NCBI GenBank assembly: GCA_964502885.1 | Contig: CAZCXU010000002.1 | Coordinates: 27,843-91,842 of the forward strand | DNA: 64,000 nt | Reading direction: 5' to 3' | Source: an uncultured Gammaproteobacteria bacterium | Lineage (GTDB): Bacteria; Patescibacteriota; Microgenomatia; CAZETR01; Amesbacteraceae | Shown here: positions 1 through 9,492 of the stretch, piece by piece | How positions within the stretch are numbered: position 1 is the stretch's first letter | Layout of the letters: each line of letters starts with the position of its first letter | Position numbers and translations under genes: made by a program | The notes under the pieces: model-generated | Database searches by the model: none | The model's input: the letters and a program-made list of their open reading frames with translations, nothing else | What the model was told of the DNA's origin: nothing

Positions 1-805
1 GCTTAGTAGAGTGATCCAGGAAATATTTAAGAACTTCTTCAATCCTATGAGACAACCCGGAACCTACATTGTAAACTTCTCCGGGAATCCCGCGCTCCAT
101 CAGCAAGACATAAGCCCTGACCATATCCCTAACGTCAGTAAAATCACGCCGGGCGTCAAGATTGCCAACAGAAATGGTAGGTTCCTGTTTACCTTTTTCA
201 ATTTCTGCAACCTGCTTTGCAAAATCAGAGGTAACAAAGCCGGTCTTTTGTCCCGGCCCTATGTGAGTAAACGGGCGGACACGGATAATCGGTAATTTTT
301 TGGCGCGCCAGTACTGGAAGGCCAATAAATCACAGGCAGCCTTGGAGACCGCATAAGGATTGCCCGGACGAAAAAGAGTGTCCTCTTTGATTGGAAGCTC
401 CTCGGGGCGAACGTACCCGTAGACGTCGGCGGATAGGACAACAAGAACTTTGGTATTGAGCATCTGCAGTTTTAACAAAGACTCAAAAAGTACTAATAAT
501 CCATCAATATTGTTGTGGAGGGTGCCGGCAGGATCGCGAAAACTTTCGGCAATAGCAGCCTGGGCCGCAAGGTGAAAGATAAACTCCGGTCTGGTGGCCT
601 CCAATACCTTCTCCACGTCGGCTGGCTGCAGTAAATCCGCCTTGTGTAAATTAATCATATTTCCAACCGGAGAAGAGGCTTTTGACTCTTCACTGCGATA
701 GGTACCATGTACCGAATAATTTCCGTCTTTGAGGAGCTCCTGTACCAGATACCCCCCCACAAAACCGGTGGCTCCAGTGACTAGCGTCTCTTTCATTGTG
801 GACAT
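1..805 (-). CDS. NAD-dependent epimerase/dehydratase family protein (extended SDR; Rmd/GDP-sugar dehydratase-like), partial. The C-terminus runs off the window start
   Basis: Reverse-strand translation from ATG 805 gives MSTMKETLVTGATGFVGGYLVQELL. This has a Rossmann TGxxGxxG motif, and YAVSK further on, which is the SDR YxxxK. The ORF is open to base 1 and is absent from the ORF track because it runs off the edge. Confidence 0.8.
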   Translation of the reverse strand, partial: MSTMKETLVTGATGFVGGYLVQELLKDGNYSVHGTYRSEESKASSPVGNMINLHKADLLQPADVEKVLEATRPEFIFHLAAQAAIAESFRDPAGTLHNNIDGLLVLFESLLKLQMLNTKVLVVLSADVYGYVRPEELPIKEDTLFRPGNPYAVSKAACDLLAFQYWRAKKLPIIRVRPFTHIGPGQKTGFVTSDFAKQVAEIEKGKQEPTISVGNLDARRDFTDVRDMVRAYVLLMERGIPGEVYNVGSGLSHRIEEVLKYFLDHSTK

Positions 806-857
806 GACCATATTCTACAACTAGACATTGCAATATGCGATTGACTATGATGTAATT

Positions 858-1002
858 TGCGTACATCAAGAGTGACAGTTTCAAAAGAACTGTCCGGCAA
901 CCGAGCACAAAAACCGCCGCGGTGCCAACTTTTCGAGAGAAAGGAGATGTGCCAAGTTTTAATCCTTGGAAAAAGTTCTAACTCTCGAAAGAGAGTTTTT
1001 TT
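858..1002 (+). promoter_or_regulatory. Putative SAM riboswitch (SAM-I/SAM-IV clan variant) with terminator/SD-sequestering hairpin immediately upstream of metK
   Basis: The leader has a P1-like pairing ACAUC(863-867)/GAUGU(~945-949). It has AUCAAGAG-UGACAG, a hairpin GACAGUU-UCAAAAG-AACUGUC, then CGGCAACC (895-902), GGUGCCAA (921-928) and AAAGGAGAUGU. These resemble SAM-I/IV core motifs. The expression platform is AACUCUC-GAAA-GAGAGUU (980-996) followed by a U7 run directly abutting the metK ATG. An alternative CGAGAG (933-938) could pair with CUCUCG as an antiterminator. Confidence 0.5.
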
Positions 1003-2103
1003 ATGGCAAAAACAACTTTTACATCAGAATCAGTCTGCTCCGGCCACCCGGACAAAATCTGCGATCAAGTATCTGACAGCATTGTGGATGCAGTGCTGGA
1101 GAAGGACAATTTGGGGCGGGTAGCTGTGGAAACCCTGGTAACTACTAACCGAATAATAGTTGCCGGGGAGATTACGACAAAAGCAAAAATAAATTTTGAG
1201 AAAACAATCCGCAATGAAATTGCCAGACTGGGATATACAGATGAGAAGTATGGATTCAGCGACAAAGCAAATATGGAAATATACATACACGAACAATCAC
1301 CGGAAATTGGTGCGGGAGTAAAAAAATTGGGGGCAGGCGATCAGGGAATGATGTTTGGATATGCCTGCAAAGAAAGCCCGGAACTAATGCCATTGCCTAT
1401 CGCGATAGCCCACAAGCTGGCTGAGGGAATTGACGCTGCAAGAGAAACCAACACTCTCCCCTACCTGTACCCCGATGGAAAGACACAAGTGACTGTAGAA
1501 TATGAAAACGGACGACCAGTCGGGATAGAAAAAGTGGTGGTGGCAGTACCTCATTCCAAAAAAATTGAACTGGCTGATGTAAAAAAAGATATTTATAAAA
1601 AAATAGTTTTGCCAATACTGGATACATTTGGATATAAGGTCGGTATAGGACAGCTATTGGTAAACGGGACCGGAGTGTGGCATCAGGGAGGACCAGCTGC
1701 GGACACTGGAGTTACGGGAAGAAAAATAATTGTCGATACTTATGGCGGGTATGCCAGGGTCGGGGGCGGGGCGTTTTCCGGGAAAGACCCAACCAAAGTT
1801 GATAGATCCGGAGCTTATGCGGCAAGATTTCTTGCCAAGAACATTGTGGCTTCAGGACTGGCTGATAGAGCTGAGGTAAGATTGGCATACTGTATAGGAG
1901 AAAGAAAACCACTGATGCAGGAAGTGGAGACTTTTGGAACGGCAAAAGTTACGAATAGACAAATACAAAAATTTATGGACAAGGTTCTTGATACATCGGT
2001 AGCCGGGATACTGGATGCTCTGGACCTTAGGAACCCTGTCTATAAGAAAACTGCAGCATACGGACATTTTGGCAGACCTGAATTTGCGTGGGAGAAAGTT
2101 TGA
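1003..2103 (+). CDS. metK: S-adenosylmethionine synthetase
   Basis: N-terminus MAKTTFTSESVCSGHPDKICDQVSDSIVDAVL matches the MetK signature (FTSESVxEGHPDKxxDQISD). There are GAGDQG and GGGAFSGKDPTKVDRS motifs. Length is 366 aa. Confidence 0.93.
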   Translation: MAKTTFTSESVCSGHPDKICDQVSDSIVDAVLEKDNLGRVAVETLVTTNRIIVAGEITTKAKINFEKTIRNEIARLGYTDEKYGFSDKANMEIYIHEQSPEIGAGVKKLGAGDQGMMFGYACKESPELMPLPIAIAHKLAEGIDAARETNTLPYLYPDGKTQVTVEYENGRPVGIEKVVVAVPHSKKIELADVKKDIYKKIVLPILDTFGYKVGIGQLLVNGTGVWHQGGPAADTGVTGRKIIVDTYGGYARVGGGAFSGKDPTKVDRSGAYAARFLAKNIVASGLADRAEVRLAYCIGERKPLMQEVETFGTAKVTNRQIQKFMDKVLDTSVAGILDALDLRNPVYKKTAAYGHFGRPEFAWEKV

Positions 2104-2119
2104 GTGGTAGATTGAATTA

Positions 2120-2761
2120 GTGGGGAAAGGAGCAAAAAAATTAGTAACCCTGGCGGCGTTGGCTACCATAACAGGAACCGGAGCCTGGGTTCTCCCATAT
2201 TTTGTGGGTGAGAAAGTTGTCAGCGTGATAGATGGAGATTCATTTAAGATAAAAAATGACCAAACAATCCGCATGGCCAGCCTGGATGCACCGGAAAATG
2301 ATTTGTGCGGGGGCAAAGAAGCGACAGAGGCATTGAGAAGTATGATTGGAAATAAAAAGGTAATTTTAAGAGATATGAAAACCGACAGATACGGAAGGAT
2401 ACTTGCGTTGGTGTATCTGCCAAACGGAACATTGATAAATGAACAGATGGTCAAACACGGTTATGCGCAGACCACCACCGAAGCCGGAGATGAGAACGAA
2501 AGGGTGAAAGCGGCGAATGATTTTGCACGGGAAAATAAATTGGGCATTTATGCGGAAAGATGTTCACCGACTAATCCACCTGATCCGAAATGCAGAATTA
2601 AGGCAAACTACAATTATTACGACAGGACAAATTATTATTTTTTGCCTGATTGCAGACATTATGAGAAAGTGGTGGTGAAGCGGTACCAGGGTGATAATTG
2701 GTTTTGCAGCGAAAAAGAGGCAAAAGCCGCAGGATTTGAAAGATCGGAAAGCTGTAAATGA
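2120..2761 (+). CDS. Thermonuclease (staphylococcal nuclease, SNase-like) family protein with N-terminal signal/anchor and C-terminal Cys-containing accessory domain
   Basis: GTG start. A hydrophobic N-terminus is followed by IDGDSFKIK...IRMASLDAPE...RYGRILALVY...NEQMVKHGYA, a typical SNase core. The C-terminal ~55 aa (CRIKANYNYYDRTNYYFLPDC...WFCSEKEAKAAGFERSESC) looks like the small Cys-bracketed domain often appended to secreted nucleases. Confidence 0.75.
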   Translation: MGKGAKKLVTLAALATITGTGAWVLPYFVGEKVVSVIDGDSFKIKNDQTIRMASLDAPENDLCGGKEATEALRSMIGNKKVILRDMKTDRYGRILALVYLPNGTLINEQMVKHGYAQTTTEAGDENERVKAANDFARENKLGIYAERCSPTNPPDPKCRIKANYNYYDRTNYYFLPDCRHYEKVVVKRYQGDNWFCSEKEAKAAGFERSESCK

Positions 2762-2763
2762 GT

Positions 2764-3330
2764 CTAGCCGTCGGGGTCGGGAGGCAGAAATTCCTCACCG
2801 TTTGGGGCGGGATTGTAGTCCGATTTCAGCCATTCGACAAATGTGCAGCCAGTGGCTTTTCGGGCTTCCCTATCCCATCCGGCTGTTGAACATTTTTTCA
2901 TCTTTTTGCCAGCGCTGGTAGTAAACAATACTAAGGGTTCCTGACACTTGGGACACTTTTCGTCTAAAGCTTCCGTAGTGCCATTTAACCATTCAACATA
3001 ATCGCAGCCATCGACTTTTTTTGTGGTGGAGTTCCAGACACCAGCGCTGCACTTTTTCATCTTTTTGCCAAATCTGGTGGCCTGTAAAACCAATGGAGAA
3101 CCGCATTTGGGACAGGTTTCATCTAAAGTTTTGGGTTCAAACGGGAGCCATTTTACATAATCACAACCGGTGGGTTTTACCTTGGGATTCCACGGCCCTG
3201 CGGTGCTGCATCTTTGAAGTCGTTTGCCGGTGGATGTCTCGATCACTTCTCCCAGTGATGCGCCACATTTGGGGCATTTATCTGTTTGATCCATGTATGG
3301 AGAGTACCACCGGTCGCTACATAATTGCAA
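2764..3330 (-). CDS. Protein made of three tandem GRF-type/topoisomerase-like zinc-ribbon repeats (putative ssDNA-binding zinc-finger protein)
   Basis: Three ~57-aa repeats each carry CPKCG...(K)KCS...GCDY/FVEW. The Cys spacing and the C-terminal C-x-F/Y-V-E-W resemble zf-GRF (C.CG...GR.F..C...C.FF.W) and zf-C4_Topoisom. The start is either TTG 3330 or ATG 3294. Confidence 0.6.
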   Translation of the reverse strand: MQLCSDRWYSPYMDQTDKCPKCGASLGEVIETSTGKRLQRCSTAGPWNPKVKPTGCDYVKWLPFEPKTLDETCPKCGSPLVLQATRFGKKMKKCSAGVWNSTTKKVDGCDYVEWLNGTTEALDEKCPKCQEPLVLFTTSAGKKMKKCSTAGWDREARKATGCTFVEWLKSDYNPAPNGEEFLPPDPDG

Positions 3331-3433
3331 CCCGTAAGCACGTCGGCTGCCCGGAACCGTGTATATATAAAAAATTTTTTAAACCATTTGCTATTCAATT
3401 TTTTCCTCACACGATATAAAATCCGAGATTACT

Positions 3434-3979
3434 ATGAAAAAAATCATCTTTGTCACCGGCAATGAGAGAAAGCTCGCCGAGGCCAAGTTGGGATGTCAGT
3501 TGTGCGGGATTGAAGTCGAACAAGTAAAACTCGACATAGATGAGATTCAGTCAGATGATCCGGCAGCAATATCGGAAGCTAAGGCAAAAGACGCATTTGA
3601 AAAACTAGAAAAACCGCTGGTAGTTACCGATACTTCGTGGGGCATTCCCGCATTGAATGGATTTCCCGGGGCGTACGCAAAATATGTAGCCAAGTGGTTT
3701 GGAGAAAATGATTTTTTGCACTTGATGAGTGGTAAGGCGGACCGAAGAGTTTCATTTACAGAGTCAATAACTTATATAGATGAAAAGCAGACAAAGAAGT
3801 TTAGTAAGCAATATTGGGGGATGATAGTGGAGACACCAAGAGGCACAGGTAATTCAATCGAAAATGTCTGTGAATTTGACGGGGTGACCCTTGGAGAACG
3901 ACGACAAATGGGTGGATATAGCCATAAGCCGGAAGAGTATATATGGCATGAATTTGCAAAATGGTACTCAAATCTTTAG
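3434..3979 (+). CDS. rdgB: Non-canonical purine NTP pyrophosphatase (Ham1/RdgB/ITPase family)
   Basis: MKKIIFVTGNERKLAEAK matches the Ham1 N-terminal signature (ATGNxxKxxE). Length is 181 aa. Confidence 0.8.
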   Translation: MKKIIFVTGNERKLAEAKLGCQLCGIEVEQVKLDIDEIQSDDPAAISEAKAKDAFEKLEKPLVVTDTSWGIPALNGFPGAYAKYVAKWFGENDFLHLMSGKADRRVSFTESITYIDEKQTKKFSKQYWGMIVETPRGTGNSIENVCEFDGVTLGERRQMGGYSHKPEEYIWHEFAKWYSNL

Positions 3980-4479
3980 ACCAAAAAAAGAAAGACGGGG
4001 CATTTGTGGTACTTTTTAGAGATAACTCAAAGAGTGAAGTATTTTTGGTATACAGGTCGGATTGGCCGATTTGGAACTTGACTGGTGGAGGGATGGAGAA
4101 AAATGAGAACCCAAAAGAAGCAGCAATCCGGGAAGCGTTTGAGGAAACGGGGTTTAAAATCAATATTGTTCGTAAAGTGGGTGTGTATGAATTTGTGGAA
4201 CCAAGAAGTGGCCGGCACATCAACTACAGCCATTTGTTTGAAGGGCGGATTGTATCTGGATCTTTTGTACCGGAATTCCCCGGGTGTCGAGGCCAATGGT
4301 TTCCTCTGGCCAAACTACCAATTGATACGACAGACAGCACAAAGAAGAGGATATATGATGCGGCATATTTTTCCGGTAAGCCGTTTACAAAAAAGTGGTG
4401 CAGATCAACGCTCGTCAATAATTTGCACCTGTTTTTCCGTCATCCAATAGCAGCCGTAAAGTACTTTGGTCGGAAATAA
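3961..4479 (+). CDS. NUDIX hydrolase
   Basis: The Nudix box GGGMEKNENPKEAAIREAFEETG is present (Gx5Ex7REUxEExGU). The gene overlaps the preceding gene by 19 nt. Confidence 0.85.
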   Translation: MVLKSLDQKKKDGAFVVLFRDNSKSEVFLVYRSDWPIWNLTGGGMEKNENPKEAAIREAFEETGFKINIVRKVGVYEFVEPRSGRHINYSHLFEGRIVSGSFVPEFPGCRGQWFPLAKLPIDTTDSTKKRIYDAAYFSGKPFTKKWCRSTLVNNLHLFFRHPIAAVKYFGRK

Positions 4480-4519
4480 CCATCTCTGCGAAAAAGTCTT
4501 GCCAACCTTAAAGAACGGA

Positions 4520-5794
4520 TCAGTATGGATAGGAAAAGACTGAACCACTACCCAGCTCTTCCTCTATTCGAAGCAGCTCATTGTATTTACCCACTCTTTC
4601 GGTACGGGACAATGAGCCGGTCTTTATTTGGCCAGTACCCAGTCCAACCGCTAAATGTGTAATACTGGTGTCTTCCGTCTCGCCGGAACGGTGCGAGATG
4701 ATGGAATGAAACCCAGAACCCGTGGCTAGAGAAATTGCACTGATAGTCTCAGTAAGTGTACCGATTTGATTCAACTTGACCAAAATTGCGTTACATGCTT
4801 TCTGATCAATCGCTTTTTGTAAGAATCTGACATTGGTTACCAGCAGATCATCGCCTACAATCTGAATCCGATTGCCCAGCGTTGACTGCAATATGCTCCA
4901 ATTTTCCCAATCATCTTCTGACAAGCCGTCTTCAATTGATTGAATCGGATAATTCGCCACCAGGTTTTCCAGGTAGCTGATCATTTCGCTGCCGGAAAGA
5001 CTCTTCCCGTCAGCTTTTAGTTCATAATGACCATCCTTGTAAAATTCCGAAGCGGCAATGTCCAGAGCGAAAGCGATATCTTTTCCCAACTGATATCCGG
5101 CAGCTGAAACTGCACGGCTGACCAATTCCAGACTTTCCCGATTGCCATTTTTTACCCGAGGGGCGAACCCCCCCTCATCCCCCACTGTGGTTTCGTATCC
5201 GGTTTTTTTGAGAATATCTTTCAAGTGGTGAAACACTTCTGACCCCATGCGCAAAGCTTCAGAAAAAGTCTTTGCTCCAACCGGCATAATCATAAACTCC
5301 TGAATATCTGAAGCGAAATCTGCATGAGCACCGCCATTTATTATATTCATCATCGGCATAGGCAATGATGGCGTTACCCCAGGGGATAGAGAGTTGAGAT
5401 ATCCATAGAATGGAAGTTTCAGAGAAGAAGCACAAGCCTTAGCATAAGCCAAAGAAACGGACAAAACTGCGTTTGCACCGAGATGAGATTTATTTTCGGT
5501 GCCATCCAGATCGAGCATCTTTTTATCGAGTAATGCCTGATTATAAATATCGGAGCCTACAAATAACTCACGCAGATGGGTGTTTACATTTTCGACTGCT
5601 TTTAAAACTCCTTTACCCAAATAAGCTTTAGGGTCCCCATCCCGCAATTCCAAAACCTCATGAGTACCGGTGGACGCACCTGAGGGAACTGAAGCGCGGC
5701 CAAAACTGCCGTCGGCTAGCTGCAAATCAGTTTCGACTGTAGGATTACCACGAGAATCGAGGATTTGACGGGCAAACAGGCGAGTAATCTTCAT
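4520..5794 (-). CDS. eno: Enolase (phosphopyruvate hydratase)
   Basis: [23 protein letters not shown]...[20 protein letters not shown] is present. I trimmed the start to ATG 5794. The ORF-track extension to 5956 is non-conserved upstream sequence. Confidence 0.95.
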   Translation of the reverse strand: MKITRLFARQILDSRGNPTVETDLQLADGSFGRASVPSGASTGTHEVLELRDGDPKAYLGKGVLKAVENVNTHLRELFVGSDIYNQALLDKKMLDLDGTENKSHLGANAVLSVSLAYAKACASSLKLPFYGYLNSLSPGVTPSLPMPMMNIINGGAHADFASDIQEFMIMPVGAKTFSEALRMGSEVFHHLKDILKKTGYETTVGDEGGFAPRVKNGNRESLELVSRAVSAAGYQLGKDIAFALDIAASEFYKDGHYELKADGKSLSGSEMISYLENLVANYPIQSIEDGLSEDDWENWSILQSTLGNRIQIVGDDLLVTNVRFLQKAIDQKACNAILVKLNQIGTLTETISAISLATGSGFHSIISHRSGETEDTSITHLAVGLGTGQIKTGSLSRTERVGKYNELLRIEEELGSGSVFSYPY

Positions 5795-6118
5795 AGCTTT
5801 ATGACTATTGTAGAGTGACTTTGTCAATGTAGCAAATACATCCAACCAACACCATTTTCGCCAAGTTATGTAAATCTGAAAAGCCGGATATTCATCAAAT
5901 CCTGTATTTAAACTCCGTTTCACAGGTTGACAGCATTTGGAATCCCTGTACCGCAATTAATGCGATTCCGATTCAAGCAATTATCACAAATATTTGAGAT
6001 ACCGATCGTACTCCAAAAAAGCCCGGGCCAGAAAGCAACAAAAATTTTTTTGAAAAAAGTATTATAATTTGCTCGATTTATTCAGGTTTATTTCAGATTT
6101 CAGGTGTAATTTGATTTT

Positions 6119-7507
6119 ATGTTGAAAAAGGCAGTTGTTTGGGTAAAAAACAGGAGTCTGAAGCAGAAATTGCTACTGATCTGTTTGTTGGTAGCGGCAG
6201 TAGTGGTGAGTTATATGTCTACAAGCAACAACGGGTCTGCAAAGACGGTATACGCATCTGCAATAGTGGAAAAGGGGACATTGGTGACTTCGATTTCCGG
6301 GTCTGGAACGATTTCCTCGGGAAACTACAGCAACGTAAATACAAAAGTTTCCGGAGTAGTAAATAAAGTATATGTAACAAACGGCGACAAAGTGGTACGA
6401 GACCAGAAAATCGCGGAAGTGACGCTGGATGATTACGCCAAAGAAAGACAAACCGCAGCATGGGTCACATATCTGGAAGCTACCGAAGCCGTAAAAGAAG
6501 CACTAAATAATAAATCTCTGGCAGATATAGGAATGTGGAACGCAAGACAGGAAGTGCTTGATGCACAGGAAGCAAAAGATGATATGGAAGATAACGACAC
6601 AAACCCTGCCACACACGCTGTATATACCGACAACGAAAGAATGATTATCAATAAAACACTCGATCAATCGAGACTGGCTTTTTCCGTTGCGGAAGCAAAA
6701 TACAAAAACGCTGATGCAAATATCGCCAACGCTCATGCAAAAGTCGCTGCCGCCAAGAGAAATTACCAGGAAAACTCAGCGACAATCACAGCCCCGGAAA
6801 GCGGGGTTATCAGCGATTTACTACTGGCACCAGAACTGATCATCAATTCCAATTCAACAACCAGCAATACCAGCGGAGCGACGATAGTATCTGCTCAAAC
6901 CATAGCAAAAATCAGCAATCCAAATGGCCAACTGATGGCGACAGTAAATATGTCTGAAATAGACGTCATTTCTGTTAAAGCGGGGCAAAAAGTGACGATT
7001 ATACTGGACGCTTATTCTGATAAAACATTTACCGGTAAGGTGCTTGCTGTAAATACCAGCGGAACTTCCAGCTCCGGCGTCACTTCATATCCGGTAACAA
7101 TTCTTCTAGACCCGACAAAGACGGAAATTTATCCAAACATGGCAGTAAACGTAAATATCATTACCAAAGCAAAAAATGATGTCTTGATGGTGCCGACTAC
7201 TGCCATTACTTCCGCAAACGGTGTATCGACCGTACTGGTGAAGAAAGACGGCAAATACGAGACTGTGCAAGTAGAAACCGGAGATAGCAATGATTCACAA
7301 ACGGAAATTGTATCGGGACTTTCAGAGGGCGAGACCGTGGTGACTTCAATTACCACTGCGGGCGGATCAAATTCCAGCACAAACAATACAACATCGCCAT
7401 TCAGCGGATTGGGGATAAGAACCGGAGGCGGCGGCACCAGGGGAGGAACATCGACATCAGGAAATCGAATAATGATTCAGAGTTTTGGCGGTCCAGGAGG
7501 ATTCTGA
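6119..7507 (+). CDS. Efflux transporter periplasmic adaptor subunit (HlyD/MacA family) with Ser/Thr/Gly-rich C-terminal tail
   Basis: An N-terminal membrane anchor is followed by a coiled-coil-like region and a beta-barrel region (TITAPESGVISDL..., KVTIILDAYSDKTFTGKVL). It is the first gene of a three-gene operon with an ABC ATPase and an FtsX permease. Stop TGA and the next ATG are 1 nt apart. Confidence 0.8.
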   Translation: MLKKAVVWVKNRSLKQKLLLICLLVAAVVVSYMSTSNNGSAKTVYASAIVEKGTLVTSISGSGTISSGNYSNVNTKVSGVVNKVYVTNGDKVVRDQKIAEVTLDDYAKERQTAAWVTYLEATEAVKEALNNKSLADIGMWNARQEVLDAQEAKDDMEDNDTNPATHAVYTDNERMIINKTLDQSRLAFSVAEAKYKNADANIANAHAKVAAAKRNYQENSATITAPESGVISDLLLAPELIINSNSTTSNTSGATIVSAQTIAKISNPNGQLMATVNMSEIDVISVKAGQKVTIILDAYSDKTFTGKVLAVNTSGTSSSGVTSYPVTILLDPTKTEIYPNMAVNVNIITKAKNDVLMVPTTAITSANGVSTVLVKKDGKYETVQVETGDSNDSQTEIVSGLSEGETVVTSITTAGGSNSSTNNTTSPFSGLGIRTGGGGTRGGTSTSGNRIMIQSFGGPGGF

Positions 7508-7508
7508 C

Positions 7509-8219
7509 ATGGACAAGCCAATAATCGAAGTCTCGCATCTGAACAAAGTTTACAAATCAGATGACCTGGAAACTACTGTACTTTCGGACATATCAATAAA
7601 GATCAATCAGGGTGAATTTGTGGCAATTATGGGCCCTTCCGGATCCGGGAAGTCAACATTGATGCACATACTGGGAGCCCTGGACCTGCCGACAAGCGGC
7701 AGTTATAAACTGAACGGCGAAGAAGTGGGCAACATGACAGATGACAAACTTGCAGAAATCCGCAATAAACAGATTGGTTTCATTTTTCAAGCGTACAATC
7801 TCCTACCCCGGACATCTGCGCTGGATAATGTACTTGTGCCAATGGAATATGCCGGTATTCCGGAAGATCAGCAAGAAAAAAAAGCAATTGAACTGCTGAA
7901 AATGGTAGGACTTTCGGACAGGATGCATCACACTCCAAACAAACTTTCCGGAGGTCAGCAACAACGAGTAGCAATCGCAAGGGCGCTGGCCATGAATCCT
8001 ACAATGCTTCTGGCTGATGAGCCGACTGGAAATATAGCCACTGCGCAAGCGGAAGAAATTATGAGAATTTTTCAAAAATTGAACAAAGCGGGACATACGA
8101 TTGTGATGATTACTCACGAATCAGATATCGCCGGATATGCACAGAGGGTAATTTATATCAGGGATGGGAAAATAGTGACTGATGGAAAAAATTTAAAACA
8201 AAGATTATCAGCCGCATGA
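7509..8219 (+). CDS. ABC transporter ATP-binding protein (MacB/LolD-type NBD)
   Basis: Walker A GPSGSGKST, Q-loop, LSGGQQQRVAIARAL signature, Walker B LLADEPTGN and H-loop MITHE are present. The start is ATG 7509, not the upstream TTG. Confidence 0.92.
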   Translation: MDKPIIEVSHLNKVYKSDDLETTVLSDISIKINQGEFVAIMGPSGSGKSTLMHILGALDLPTSGSYKLNGEEVGNMTDDKLAEIRNKQIGFIFQAYNLLPRTSALDNVLVPMEYAGIPEDQQEKKAIELLKMVGLSDRMHHTPNKLSGGQQQRVAIARALAMNPTMLLADEPTGNIATAQAEEIMRIFQKLNKAGHTIVMITHESDIAGYAQRVIYIRDGKIVTDGKNLKQRLSAA

Positions 8220-9451
8220 TAATGGTTGTGAATATAAAGAAATTATTAATTAATGGAATGAAGAATTTGGGAATTAACAAAATGAGGACTGGGCTGGCGA
8301 TGCTCGGAATTGTAATTGGAATTGGAAGTGTAATAGCTCTGATGTCGCTGGGAGAGGCCAGTAAGATGGCAGTGCAATCGCAAATACAATCTATCGGATC
8401 GAATTTACTTACGGTATCTCCGGGTTTCACTGTGTCCGGAGGGGTCAGAGGCGCTGTTGGGGGCGGGACAACTCTCACAAATGATGATGCGAAAGCGATT
8501 CGCAACTCCGCTAAAGTAGCAACTATTAAGAATGTATCTCCGGAATATTCCGGACGAGCGCAAGTTACGGCCGGCAGAAATAATACAAATACAACAGTGG
8601 TGGGGGTAGAACCTGTGTATGCGGAGGTAAGAAAGATCTCTCTATCTTCCGGAACATTTATAAATGAGCAGCAACTTACCGCAATATCCAAGGTGGCAAT
8701 CATCGGTCCAAATACGGCGGAAGACCTGTTTGGTTCAGGTGTCGATCCGGTTGGTCAATCTATCAGAATTTCGGGCAAGTCGTTTCAAATAATCGGGGTC
8801 ACCAAGTCCAAGGGCGGGTCGGGAATGAATAATCAGGATGATCGAGTACTCATACCCCTAACGACGGCCCAAAAACAAGTGTTTGGGAAGAACTATCTGA
8901 CCGCGATCGCCCTGGAGGCAAAAAATGAAAGTGTCATGACCAGTGCACAGAATGAAGTCGGGTACCTACTGCTGGAAAGACATAAGATTTCTGAAGTGGC
9001 TGATGCTGACTTTCGGATAATGTCGCAAGCTGATATCCTGGAAACCGCTTCGCAGGTGACAGGCACCTTTACTTCAATGCTTACAGGAGTTGCGGCGATT
9101 TCACTCCTGGTAGGAGGAATCGGGATTATGAATATTATGCTTATGTCGGTCACTGAAAGAACGAGAGAAATAGGACTCCGAAAAGCATTGGGTGCAAAAC
9201 GAAGAGTCATAGTGGCACAATTTTTGACTGAATCTATCATTTTGACTTTTTGGGGAGGAATAATTGGAATTACCGCCGGAATATTAGGTTATCTATTGTA
9301 CGCAAAATTTAATGGCACCGCCTTTGTGGTATCACCAGGATCGGTGATGTTAGCGTTTAGTGTGTCTGCTGCAATAGGAATCGCATTTGGCTGGTATCCG
9401 GCGCAAAAAGCTGCCAACTTGCAGCCAATTGAAGCCCTAAAATATGAATAG
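8216..9451 (+). CDS. ABC transporter permease, FtsX/MacB family (~220-aa extracytoplasmic domain)
   Basis: N-terminus NLGINKMRTGLAMLGIVIGIGSV, a C-terminal FtsX 3-TM bundle with TERTREIGLRKALGA, and an ATGA overlap with the ATPase. Confidence 0.9.
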   Translation: MIMVVNIKKLLINGMKNLGINKMRTGLAMLGIVIGIGSVIALMSLGEASKMAVQSQIQSIGSNLLTVSPGFTVSGGVRGAVGGGTTLTNDDAKAIRNSAKVATIKNVSPEYSGRAQVTAGRNNTNTTVVGVEPVYAEVRKISLSSGTFINEQQLTAISKVAIIGPNTAEDLFGSGVDPVGQSIRISGKSFQIIGVTKSKGGSGMNNQDDRVLIPLTTAQKQVFGKNYLTAIALEAKNESVMTSAQNEVGYLLLERHKISEVADADFRIMSQADILETASQVTGTFTSMLTGVAAISLLVGGIGIMNIMLMSVTERTREIGLRKALGAKRRVIVAQFLTESIILTFWGGIIGITAGILGYLLYAKFNGTAFVVSPGSVMLAFSVSAAIGIAFGWYPAQKAANLQPIEALKYE

Positions 9452-9492
9452 TCTTAAGGATTACTTCAGTTTAGCGGGAATAAAATAGCACT

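Noticed and set aside
857-1123. ORF 857..1123 (+) overlapping the metK leader and start
   Set aside because: It lies out of frame across the riboswitch-like leader and the conserved MetK N-terminus, so it is spurious.
5795-5956. N-terminal 54-aa extension of the enolase ORF in the track
   Set aside because: Enolase conservation begins at [21 protein letters not shown]. The upstream segment is Cys/Trp-rich and non-conserved, and belongs to the 320-nt divergent intergenic region.
5957-6118. TTGAAA ... TATAAT promoter for the adaptor-ABC operon
   Set aside because: The spacing between TTGAAA (6050-6055) and TATAAT (6064-6069) is only ~8 nt. The -10 alone is plausible, but I do not call a promoter.
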